Origin: Neoconidiobolus thromboides FSU 785
Lineage: Eukaryota; Fungi; Entomophthoromycota
NCBI GenBank assembly: GCA_025603075.1
Contig: MU626290.1
Coordinates: 1-64,000, forward strand
DNA: 64,000 bases
Direction of reading: 5' to 3'
The translations under genes and the position numbers were made by a program. The notes under the pieces are model-generated. The model made no database searches. It saw only the letters and a program-made list of their open reading frames with translations, and was not told where the DNA came from. Positions 1 through 10,367 of this stretch are shown piece after piece. Positions within the stretch are counted from its first letter, which is position 1. Every line of letters begins with the position of its first letter.

Positions 1-156
1 TATTAAATAATTAACTCATATTAATAAAGAACAACATTTGTTCATGTTATTAAGTATATCCTTATACCTTCGAAAGTAATAGCTCAAAAGGTATATAAAC
101 AAATTGAAAGCTAGAAGTAAAAAAATAAAAACAAAAGTAAAAATAAAAGTATTAAA

Positions 157-1942
157 ATGATTTTATACCTTTTAACAACATTCTTCTTATATTACATCTC
201 ACAAGTAAAATAATCGTATATAATAAGAATATAAGGATGATATTAAAATTACCTTTATAGATCGTTTATCAATTATTTTTCAGTAAATTGAAAGATATAC
301 CTGGACCATTGATTTCAGTCCTATTTCCTGGTTACTTTTTTATATTAAGGGTTTTGGGAGTTATGCCATTTATAGTCAATCAATATCATGAGTTGTATGG
401 TCCTGTTATCAGAATAGGTAATATAGTAGCAATATAATAACTAATATAATAACTAATATAATAACTAATACTTATTATAATAGGATGGAATATGGTATTG
501 TTTAGTGACGAGAAAGACGTCAACGAAATTTATAAAAACTATAAATTTAGCAAAAGCGAATTGTATGCAGTATTTGATCCATTAGGAAATACAGTGTTTA
601 ACTGCCGTGATAAAGCATTCCACTTAAAAAGAGTATATTTATATTCCATGAACTAAACTAAATACTAACAATGGTAATAACAATATAGAAGAGAATATTA
701 TTAAAATACCTTAATAATCATTCAATGAAACATATGGAAGAAATAGTTGATAAAAAAATAGCAAAAATAATAACAAAAATACAAAATAATGATTCTAAAA
801 ACGAACTCAATCTAATTAAGTATCTTGAACTTATTGCTTTAGATATTATTTATGAATTATCATTTGGCTGTGATTTTAATTTAATTGAATCTGAAAAATA
901 TCACTACTTGATTAACTTGATTAATGAAAATCATAATAAATTAATGATTTCCAATATTCTACCTAGTTTTGTTAAACCATACTACGATACTAAATCAAAA
1001 TTGTTATTAAAAGTAAGTAATAACTATAACTTATAACAATAATAACAATAATTAAATATCATTATAGACTGCTTCAGAAATTATTGACATTTCATTAAAT
1101 AGCAATAAGAATTCAGATAGCTTACTAAATTATATGATAAAGTGTAATCAAGATGGCTTAATTAGTAAACAAGATATTGTTTCAGAAGCATTAACTCAAA
1201 TGTAATAATTATTCTATAATAGATAACAATAATATAACTAATATGTTCTTTAGTATGGCAGGAAGCGGTACAACTATAAATACATTAATATGGATATTCT
1301 ATTTAATATTAAAAAATGATAAAGTATACACTAAATTAAAACAAGAAATAAACAACAATGAAAACGATAATAATAATTATAGTTCAATCAAAACAAATCA
1401 TCCTTATTTATCTGCAGTTATTTATGAATCAATGAGATTGTATCCAGCTGCTGGTGGTGTTCCTGAAAGAGTAGTTAATGATGATAATGTACATATAAAT
1501 AACATATATCTACCCAAAGGAGTAAATATTTATTATTTTTATTTACTATTTTTATTAATATTATTTATTGTAGACAATAATTGGCTGTAATATTTATTCA
1601 TTGCATAATTTAAGTTCAAAGTGGGAAAATAGCAATGAATTTTTACCTGAAAGGTGGTTAGTTAATAATGAATTTGAATGTAACAATCCCAATTTTTTAC
1701 CTTTCTTGAAAGGTCCAAGAGTTTGTATTGGCAAAAAGTAAATACATCATAGTTTGCAATAATTATAATATTAATTAATATTTTTTAGTTTGGCAATGAT
1801 GGAACTTTATTTAATTATATATCACTTATTAAAACATTTTCCAATGGAATTGAGCGATAAAGATCTAGTTTTATCACCTAGATTTGTTGTTTTAATGGCT
1901 CCACATATTAATAATTTAAATATAAACATGAAAGATTTCTAA
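157..1942 (+). CDS. Cytochrome P450, multi-exon
   Basis: Spliced by eye: N-terminal anchor MILYLL, then LKDIPGP, I-helix AGSGTT (1258-1275), ESMR (ExxR), FLPERW and heme motif FLKGPRVCIG (~1702-1731). Stop TAA 1940-1942. Includes ORF-track pieces 725-1036 and 1243-1590. Confidence 0.92.
431..469. repeat. 12-bp tandem repeat (AATATAATAACT x3) inside a P450 intron
   Basis: Read directly: aatataataact aatataataact aatataataact aata. Confidence 0.8.
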
Positions 1943-2045
1943 ACAAAATCATAAATAAAAATAAATTTTAATATCATTATAATTATTTTATTATATATAG
2001 TCAATATATATATTATAAGATTATTAAAAAACTATATTTAATACT

Positions 2046-2855
2046 TTAATACTTTAATACTTTACAACTAGCATTAAACTGTGCTTTGGCCTTTTCAGTA
2101 GAAAGTTTGCTTTGAATCTTTTCGTAATTCTTTTTGTCTTCAACATATACATCAATATGATCGCCTCCAAAAGACCAAGATTTATCAATGATTTTAAAAC
2201 ATCCGTTATGTTTCTTACCATTTGGCAATACTAAATTAGCAAATTCACTAATAAACACATTGGAACCGACTTTATGATCATTAACTGCTACAGATGAGTA
2301 AATCTCCAATAGATCCCCTTTACTTCCAACTGGTTTACTTTTAAAGAAACAATTACACCCACCATCTCCGCAATTGATATATGTGCCATCCCTTAATTTT
2401 CCACTTCCTTCCATATGAACTTGATCCCAATATTCTCGTGATACTCTTGCTAACACACCTCCATCACAATTCTTGATAGCGACTTCACTGCCTAACTTAT
2501 AATCTTTTTCATTGGTAACCCAATAATAAGTAAGCTTTACGGTTTGTCCTTTACCGCTGCCTTTAACAGCATTTATCTCAACTTCATCAGATTCATTCTC
2601 AGAGTCCTCTGATTCTTCTGATTCTTCTGATTCTTTCTTGCCCTTCTTTTTTTTGGATTTTGGTTTTTTGATGCTTTTTTCTTCATTTTCCTCTTCATCC
2701 TCACCACCCATCGATCTACGATAGATGATTGGAGAGTCAGCATTATGGGCCTTGCTTAATGAATGTTGATTATCATTTGGTAAAGTAGCTGCAAGAGCTG
2801 GAGCAACAAATAAACCAGTAAGAGCTAAGCTATAAAGAAATTGTCCAAATTTCAT
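2046..2855 (-). CDS. Secreted 3D-domain (MltA-like double-psi beta-barrel) protein, paralog 1, intronless
   Basis: 269-aa ORF with signal peptide MKFGQFLYSLALTGLFVAPALA and an E/K/S-rich linker. Then KLTYYWV, HMEGSGKLRDG, SVAVND and IDKSWSFGGDHIDVYV, which resembles the three-Asp 3D motif (recognised by eye). Confidence 0.75.
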   Translation of the reverse strand: MKFGQFLYSLALTGLFVAPALAATLPNDNQHSLSKAHNADSPIIYRRSMGGEDEEENEEKSIKKPKSKKKKGKKESEESEESEDSENESDEVEINAVKGSGKGQTVKLTYYWVTNEKDYKLGSEVAIKNCDGGVLARVSREYWDQVHMEGSGKLRDGTYINCGDGGCNCFFKSKPVGSKGDLLEIYSSVAVNDHKVGSNVFISEFANLVLPNGKKHNGCFKIIDKSWSFGGDHIDVYVEDKKNYEKIQSKLSTEKAKAQFNASCKVLKY

Positions 2856-3513
2856 AGTAAAGTATTGAAAGAGTTAAAGTAAATAATTGATAATGTTATC
2901 TATTCAAGTTATGTCTATTTATACCTTTTTATATTTGTTTTGTTCTAACCTGATTTTTTTGTATATTCCTTTATTTATTTTTATCATTTTATTGCCTTCC
3001 CTTTTTTAATAGATATTTACCTTTTATATTTTAATCAATGAATTTTCTCAAGGTAATGAGCCAAACATGAATTTAATAAATTAAATTTCATTACCAAATT
3101 AAGGGATAGTCAATCACTTTAGAATTTTCTAAATAATAAAAATCAAAATTTAAAAGATTGAGGCTATTTAGTTATAAATTTATTACATTTAAAAATGATA
3201 TATCTATGTTATGAATTACAATATATTCGTTTAAGTATAAGTTTAACTGTATATTAATTCTAAATTAATATGCTCTTAGAATTTATAAAACTTATTATTT
3301 TGAAACTTAATTTTTATATAACTATAAGTTATAAGATTCTTGAGAAAATACCTATATAACTTTAAAAGCCTTTGCCAAGTGTATTTTTTTAAATATAGAG
3401 ACCAAAAGGCTTTACATTTCATTATTTTAATAAAGGGAGGTCAGGTATAAGATATTAGGGCGTAACAAAATCAAATAACGGGTAGACCTCACAGAAATCA
3501 GTGAAGGCGCCAA

Positions 3514-3989
3514 TTATAGAGCAATTGAAACCAACCATAAAGTTAAGATACCAGAAATTTGACCGTATTGATTTTTTTGTGTGTGATCCAAGTAATAGAG
3601 AATCTGAGTTCAGACAATACAAGGTTCAACAACCAGAGTAGAGGTTGATAGGGATCACTGAGTTTAACTGACTGATAAGTTCGGTATGTGATGAGGAGAT
3701 GAGCAGGAAGATGGAATAGGTTATTCCTACATAGTTTTTGTTATCAGCAGGAGGCTCGTCCGGCCAAAGAGGCAAGTGGTCTTCTAATTGTGTTAGATGA
3801 GAGCGAAGGTTATAGAAGACACAAAGTTTATGTTACTATACTAGGATTTACTAGTTTATTCTTTGATTTGTTAACTCTGGTTTTCTTTGTTATTTCAAAT
3901 TGTTGTCATTTATACTTCTTTTAATAGTTATAAGGTTTTTACTAGATTTTAAGAGATTTTGGCTTATTTCTAACTCCAAGGTTATAACA
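3514..3989 (-). mobile_element. Possible degenerate LTR remnant
   Basis: GC-richer non-coding island. The minus strand begins TGTTATAAC at 3989 and ends ...TATAAT, followed by PBS-like TGGCGCC (3512-3506). No second LTR or coding domain seen. Confidence 0.25.
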
Positions 3990-4804
3990 TGAGCTAACGA
4001 ATTGCTTTAATGTTTGAAAGTATCCTGCATTTTTTATAATGCTAGAAATAAGTTAATGTAAATAACAACTTAAAGAAACCTTAAAAAAGAAATAAGCATT
4101 TTAAAATAAGAAACATCATCTCAAAACAAACAAGTTTAATGTACAAATGATGTATTTCAATTAATTAATTTCTTTAAAAAAAATGTATAAAGATTTATTT
4201 AGATATATGCTTCCATTTTTAATATTTATCCGAAATACTTCAATTTTATTGCTATTTATTTGAATACAATGATAATAAATGATAAAGGTACTAAAATATT
4301 AATATTTAAACACCACTATATATAGTAAAGTGAACTGCTGTACTAAATCTTTATTTAAAAGCAAATAATTTTTCTTAAATTGTACTGGGCGAAAGACTAA
4401 CAATAAGCTTATATATAAATTCCAATAAGATGAAAAGATAAACACATGATCAATTACTGTCACATAATTGTCAAACTGGCTTATAGGTACAGGCACAAGA
4501 GCAACAAAACCATTCTTAAAATAGTATTTAAATTCTTTAAAACAATAAGCACTGTTTTATGATGTAAAAAATCTCTAGGAAGATAGCATTTTTTGATCAA
4601 GTTTATGAGAACATGTTTAAATATCTGTGTGATTTTTCTTTGAATGGTTTATTTACTTTAGTGTAAGCAATAGTAAAAAATAAAGTCAAAAAAGGAAGCC
4701 TATGATGATGTATAAAAAAATAAATTTCAAAAAAGTAGTATAAAAGGGCTCTAAATTCTCAACTACTGATTATAAGTTACTTTAGTAATTTAATAATTTT
4801 TGAT

Positions 4805-5413
4805 ATGAAACTTGTGTATTTCTATAACTTAGCTCTCACTGGATTGTTTATTGCTCCAGCTTTATCCTCTACTTTACCTGAAAATGTTGAATTAAAGGCT
4901 GCTATTAAGGCACAAACTGTAAAGCTTACATATTACTGGGTCGCAGATGAAAACTCTTATCCATTAGGCAGTGAAGTTGCTATCAAGAATTGTAACGGAG
5001 GGGTTCTAGCAAGAGTATCGCGTAAATATTGGGACCAGGTTCATATGGAAGGAAGTGGAAGGTTAAGAGATGGTACATATATTAACTGCGGAAACGATGA
5101 TTGCAGCTGTTTTACTAAAAGCAAGCCAGTTGGAAGCAATGGAGATGAACTACAGATTTATACATCTTTAGCAGTCAATGATCACAAAATTGGCTCTAAA
5201 GTATTCATTAATGACTTTTCTAATTTTAAACTACCAAACGGTAAGAAACATAATGGATGCTTCAAAATTATTGATAAATCTTGGTCTTTTGGAGGTGATC
5301 ATGTTGACCTATATGTTCAAGATGAAAAGAATTACGAGAAAATTCAAGAAACTTTTGATGCTGAAAAAGTTAGTGTACAATTTGAATCCAATTGTAATGT
5401 ATTAAAGTACTAA
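4805..5413 (+). CDS. Secreted 3D-domain (MltA-like) protein, paralog 2, intronless
   Basis: 202-aa ORF with signal peptide, highly similar to 2046-2855 (KLTYYWV, HMEGSGRLRDG, IDKSWSFGGDHVDLYV, C-terminal CNVLKY). Lacks the charged linker. Confidence 0.78.
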   Translation: MKLVYFYNLALTGLFIAPALSSTLPENVELKAAIKAQTVKLTYYWVADENSYPLGSEVAIKNCNGGVLARVSRKYWDQVHMEGSGRLRDGTYINCGNDDCSCFTKSKPVGSNGDELQIYTSLAVNDHKIGSKVFINDFSNFKLPNGKKHNGCFKIIDKSWSFGGDHVDLYVQDEKNYEKIQETFDAEKVSVQFESNCNVLKY

Positions 5414-6139
5414 AGTATTAAAGTATTAAATAAAGTACATTAATGAAATTACGATATATGTATTGCTATACACAACAAAGTAATAAACATTTTTCTATAA
5501 GATCATTTTTCTATTTGAACCTACTTAACTATTGCATATAGCTTTGAAGTCATACTTGTTAGAAGATTTTCATATAAAAGAGTTAACTGCAATATACATA
5601 GTTTCTATTATTTGGCAGTTCAAAAGTATTTAGTGAAAATACTGGGGCTTTAGGGGTAAACTTTGCGAATGCAAAAGTATCAATATTAAATGCCATAGAA
5701 AATATTTCTATTAGTATTAATTTAGAGCTAACATAATAGTTTTTAAAATCTATAAAGTTTGGTAACGTTCAATTTTAACCAGAGATAATAGCTATAATTA
5801 AAATGATAAGTAAACTAGTTGATGCTACTATAAGATAGTATTAATAAAGCACAATAAATTACTTTGCTTATTTAACTTAAATTAATTTGAGCTACTACAA
5901 CCTTTGTAAAATGTTTCGATTTTACCTATTAAGCAGCTTTTATTAAAACTAATAAACAATATCACTTTTTTAATAGAACAAAACAATTTGTTAGCACCTA
6001 TATTAGAATATTCTACATGTAAAATATAGGCAAAGGATAAATTTCAAAAAATAAAATTTTCTATTTAGTCAAAATAGAATATATTTGTTTGATTTTTCAT
6101 AGAATTCAGGAACATAATAAAAACGTTATAAAACAATAC

Positions 6140-6233
6140 GAGGATGTGTTTTTTTGTTTAAGAACTTTACTAATAATCTTTCCACTCAAATAACGCCTAA
6201 AAAATGAAGTAGTGAAATCAAAAAAACATTCAC
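6140..6233 (-). mobile_element. MITE copy a (orientation B)
   Basis: gaggatgtgttttttt...aaaaaacattcac; matches the ~97-bp dispersed consensus. Flanks ATAC/ATAT. Confidence 0.8.
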
Positions 6234-6240
6234 ATATGTT

Positions 6241-6790
6241 TCCCGTAGAGCAACCCCGTCAATAAATGGATCTACAGACACTTATCTTGAAAGTCTAGCA
6301 AGTAAGCTTACACATTACTGGATTGTTGATGGAGCTAAATCTTCTCTTGGAGAGGAAGTAGGGGTATATAATTATAATAGTGGAGTTATTTCTAAGGTTA
6401 GTCAGACATACTGGGATGAAATTCATATCGAAGGAAACAATATTCTTCGTGATAGAAGAACGATCAATTGCCACGACCATAGTTGAAACTGCTTTTTCGA
6501 ATCAAAAGCTATTGGCTTAAATGGGGATGAACTTGAAGTTTGTGTTTATATTACAGTAAATGACCGTGATATCGAGACCAAAGTTTACTTAAAGGAGTTA
6601 GATAGTTAAGCCTACCAAATGAAGAAGTTCACAATGGACGTACTGAAATCACTAACAAATCTTGGTCTTTTAATGGTGATCATGTAAGTGTCTATTCTCA
6701 AGACAAAGAACACTACGAGATTATTATGAAAGTATACTCCGATAAATATGTCAGCACAACCTATAATTCCTCCTGTGAGATTTCAAATAT
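6241..6790 (+). pseudogene. Degenerate third 3D-domain paralog
   Basis: Frame 1 from 6304 reads KLTHYWIVD..SKVSQTYWDEIHIEG..INC, then in-frame TGA 6484-6486, TAA 6607-6609 and a frameshift to LPNEEVHNG..NKSWSFNGDHVSVYSQDKEHYE..NSSCEI. No ATG or signal peptide visible. Confidence 0.85.
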
Positions 6791-6848
6791 GGTTAAACAA
6801 AATGTTTTATTTTTTCGATCAAAAATTTAGTATACTTTTTCAATATAT

Positions 6849-6945
6849 TGGGGTGTTTTTTGGCTTCATTACTTTTTTCATCTTTTAAGCGCTATTTGAG
6901 TGGAAAGATTGTTAGTAAAATTCTCAAATAAAAATATATATTTCC
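6849..6945 (+). mobile_element. MITE copy b (orientation A)
   Basis: tggggtgttttttggcttcattac...aatatatatttcc. Flanks ATAT/ATAT. Confidence 0.8.
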
Positions 6946-7295
6946 ATATATTATAAATTAGTTATGGTAGATTAGTACTTATAGTAAGCTTTTGGGCAAT
7001 AGAAATAAATTGAACAAAAAGTATTTGAAGTTTTTAAAACCCTATACATATAAATCTCACGTATAACAAAAAAAAAGTAAAGATAAATTTAATAAATACA
7101 ACCATATGATTTCTAGACTTTTAAACATAATAAGTAAATTTAGTTTTAATAAAATAATTCAACTAATAGTTCTAAAACTATTGAGTTTAGTATGGATGAA
7201 TTTCTATTATTTATTTGTTATAGATGCACTATCTCTTTTATCTTTATCTTTAGCATGATCCTCGTCCTTGACTTTTTTATATTTGGTATGTACTC

Positions 7296-7511
7296 TTAAC
7301 TGCTTTCTTTTGGATCAGTTATTTCATAATATGACCTTCTAAAAAACGATTCAGATATATCTTCGATGTCCTTGAATGTTGTCTTTCCTATACTTCTCTC
7401 TAAAGACTGACCGGGTCCTGGAAGAATATAGCCGTCATCCGAGCTGCAGCTTTTGGCATTTACTAAAAAGCCATAGACAACTAAAATAAGCGATGAGTTT
7501 ATAAATTTCAT
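7296..7511 (-). CDS. Putative small secreted protein; 3' end or splicing uncertain
   Basis: ATG at 7511 gives MKFINSSLILVVYGFLVNAKSC (signal-peptide-like) followed by a ~50-aa polar tail with a dibasic RR site. No homology recognised. Confidence 0.35.
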   Translation of the reverse strand: MKFINSSLILVVYGFLVNAKSCSSDDGYILPGPGQSLERSIGKTTFKDIEDISESFFRRSYYEITDPKESS

Positions 7512-8668
7512 ACTAAATGAATTTAAAAAAATATAATAATCGCTTAATGTAAGATCTATCAATATAAATATAGTTCTTTAGGTTCTTGGTTCCTCTAAAG
7601 TTCAAAACTATATATATTAATTAGCTGCCTTTGAGTAACAAGTCATATATAATTAATAAACATCAATATGAGTATAATGCTTAAGAACAATTCTCATTTA
7701 AAGTATGCTTGATTCCTTTTTTTTTGAAAAACTTAGAGTAATGCTTTAAGTAAATTAGTTAAAAATAAATAAACCTTGCTTTATATACTTTTACCATTGT
7801 TTATATGTATAGTTTATTATTTAAATTTGATACAAAGTCAATAAAATGTTTAAACCTTGTCATTAAAAATTAAGTATAACTAAGTTAAAATTTTTAGATA
7901 TAAAGTTGCCTAAAAATTCTATAATAATTTAATGATTTTTTAATTACTTAACAGAACTTTATGAAATATGACAATATGACAAAATGATATTAAATTACGA
8001 TATTATTAAATTTTATAGTTTCGTTAACTACTTGAAAAATTATTAGGAACTCTTTAGATACCCTCTTATTTTATTATACAAAGCTGAATATATATGAAAA
8101 GGAAGCTTATGTTTAAAGATATATAATTAAGCTATTAATTATCAAAAAATTTTAGTTTAATATTAAAAAAAGCTATCTGAAACATTTTCAAAAACAAAAA
8201 AGTAGGGATTTTTTAGTGAAGGTTTAAAAAATCCATATTCTTTTAATTATATCAAAATTTTTATACATAAAAATCCAAAAAAACATTACTAAAAAAGTGT
8301 TTCTCAAGGGCTATTATCATATATAATTTGATATTTTTCGAAGGTCAAATGACTTGGTAATAAAATAATGTTTAAAACTACTCCAGGAGCTAATTTTTGA
8401 AAAATTCAAAGTCAATTCAATTTTATAATGTTTTCATACTCATAAAAGAATAAAAAGATCTATATTATACTATATTTTTGCATCATTTGACTATTTGATT
8501 TTTTTTAAAATTCTACAATTAATAAGTAACCTTATAATAAAAAAGCCTGAAGGACAATACTTAATTCAAGATTACTAAGATAGAACAACAAAAAAATAAC
8601 TAAAAGCATGCTATTCAAATTTAAGCTTAAAGGTATAGCCACTAAACAATTTACAACGTTATACACAT

Positions 8669-8765
8669 GGGGATGTATTTTTGTGTTTAAGAATTTTACT
8701 AACAGCTTTCTCACTCAAGTAGTGCTTAAAAGTGGAAAAAGTAACAAAGCCAAAAAAACACCCCC
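8669..8765 (-). mobile_element. MITE copy c (orientation B)
   Basis: ggggatgtatttttgtg...aaaaaaacaccccc. Flanks ACAT/ATAT. Confidence 0.88.
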
Positions 8766-9026
8766 ATATATTATTTAAATAAATGGTAAATGTTTTTTAA
8801 CAATAATTATTAACAATTGGTAATTAACTATATGTATCGCACCAAAATTTAGTTAAGAAACATTTATAAAAAATTAAAGTAATTGGTTGTTCAAAGAAAA
8901 AAGGCCTAAATGATTACCAATAATTGTATATTTTGTTTATCAATCAATATAAACTTTTTAGAAAATACTACTATTGAAAAAATAATTGCTAATTTCATGT
9001 AGAATTTTATTTTCAATTTAACATTT

Positions 9027-9125
9027 GGGGATGTATTTTTAGGTTTAAGAATTTTACTAATAAAATTTCCACTCAAATAGTGTTTAAAAGATAGAAAAAG
9101 TGATGAAGCCAAAAAAAACATTCCC
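9027..9125 (-). mobile_element. MITE copy d (orientation B)
   Basis: ggggatgtatttttagg...aaaaacattccc. Flanks ATTT/ATTT, a direct and non-palindromic duplication. Confidence 0.88.
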
Positions 9126-9248
9126 ATTTAATCTAAGAATATGATAAAAATAACTTACCAGGATTATCAATGCAATAGTAACATTAACTATCTTTTAGAA
9201 TATATACAACTGAAATAACAATAAGGTATTTTTTTAAAAGGACTATAT

Positions 9249-9351
9249 GAGAGTGTTTTTTGGCTTTGTCACTTTTTTCACTTTTAAGCACTACTTGAGT
9301 GGGGAGAGACTATCTCTATGAGTAAAATTCTCAAATAAAAAATACATCTCC
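9249..9351 (+). mobile_element. MITE copy e (orientation A, small internal insertion)
   Basis: gagagtgttttttggctttgtcac...aatacatctcc. Flanks ATAT/ATAC. Confidence 0.8.
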
Positions 9352-9495
9352 ATACAATTTAGATGAAGCTAAATTTTGAGATTTTAAAAATATAATTACT
9401 ACTATCGAACATTTATCGAATCTGCCAATCAAAATACAAAGTTAATATTTAGTGAAATTCAAAAACAATAAAGTAAAAGCAACTTTTTTAAAAAA

Positions 9496-10284
9496 ATGGA
9501 TCAAAAAGTAGAGACAAATGCAAGAGGAATTCCAAAAGCACCCTTTGTGGTAACTAAAACAACTAAAAAAGAATTGCTATATTTTTAACCAACTTAATTA
9601 GGAAGAAGTAGAAGACTATATGTCCGTTGAGGGTAGGAATGCAGACAAAGTACTTAGAGAGTTTTCAGAAGCTATAAGGTATTGGAAAAACAGAGTTTAT
9701 ATTTTGATATATTGATAAGTTTGCTAGTAAGTATCGTTTTATGGAAGCAAATATGCTGCAGCGTAAACAAGGGTTAGATTCAAAGATTCCAGAAATACAA
9801 AAGTCGTTTGATATGGTTAATTATCTTATTGGAAAACAAGTAATTGAATGTTTTTATTTGTAAGTCAAAATTAAAGTTTAAATTTAGGAATCAGATGATA
9901 AAATTAACGTTAATTATGAATTAAATGATACACTATATGCTAAAGCTACAATTGAGCCCACTAATTCTATCTATTTGTGGTTAGGAGTAAATGTCAATTC
10001 GTTGAATAATGAATATATATTTAATCTTTTTAGGCCAATGTTATGGTAGAATACAATTTAGAGGAGGCGCATAGTTTATTAAAAGCCAAACTTGAGCTAG
10101 CTACGCGTTCAAAGGACAATGCAACTCAAGACTTGGAGTTTTTAAGAGAACAAATTACTACCATGGAAGTCAGTAAGTTTTAATTTTAATTTTAATTTAC
10201 TTCAATTAATATTGTTCAAAAGATACTGCTAGAGTTTATAACTGGGATATTATTAAAAGAAGGGAGGCAAAAGCCAAAGCTTAA
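9496..10284 (+). CDS. PAC10: Prefoldin subunit 3 (GIM2/PAC10/VBP1), multi-exon; missed by the ORF track
   Basis: Spliced translation: MDQKVETNARGIPKAPFV..SKYRFME..LDSKIPEIQKS..NYELNDTLYAKA..YLWLGANVMVEY..LEFLREQITTMEVNTARVYNWD. Confidence 0.95.
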
Positions 10285-10367
10285 AAATAAAAAAGTAGAA
10301 GGAAATAGTTTAATAAAGTTAGCAAGAAGTAAACTTGTAAAATTTAAAGTCATGTTTATCCATTTAT

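Noticed and set aside
6295-6480. 61-aa minus-strand ORF
   Set aside because: It is the antisense shadow of the plus-strand 3D pseudogene.
8532-9127. ORF-track ORFs 8532-8714 and 8906-9127 (also 12702-12902 and 41997-42185)
   Set aside because: They overlap MITE copies, and their mutual similarity is explained by the repeat rather than a protein family.
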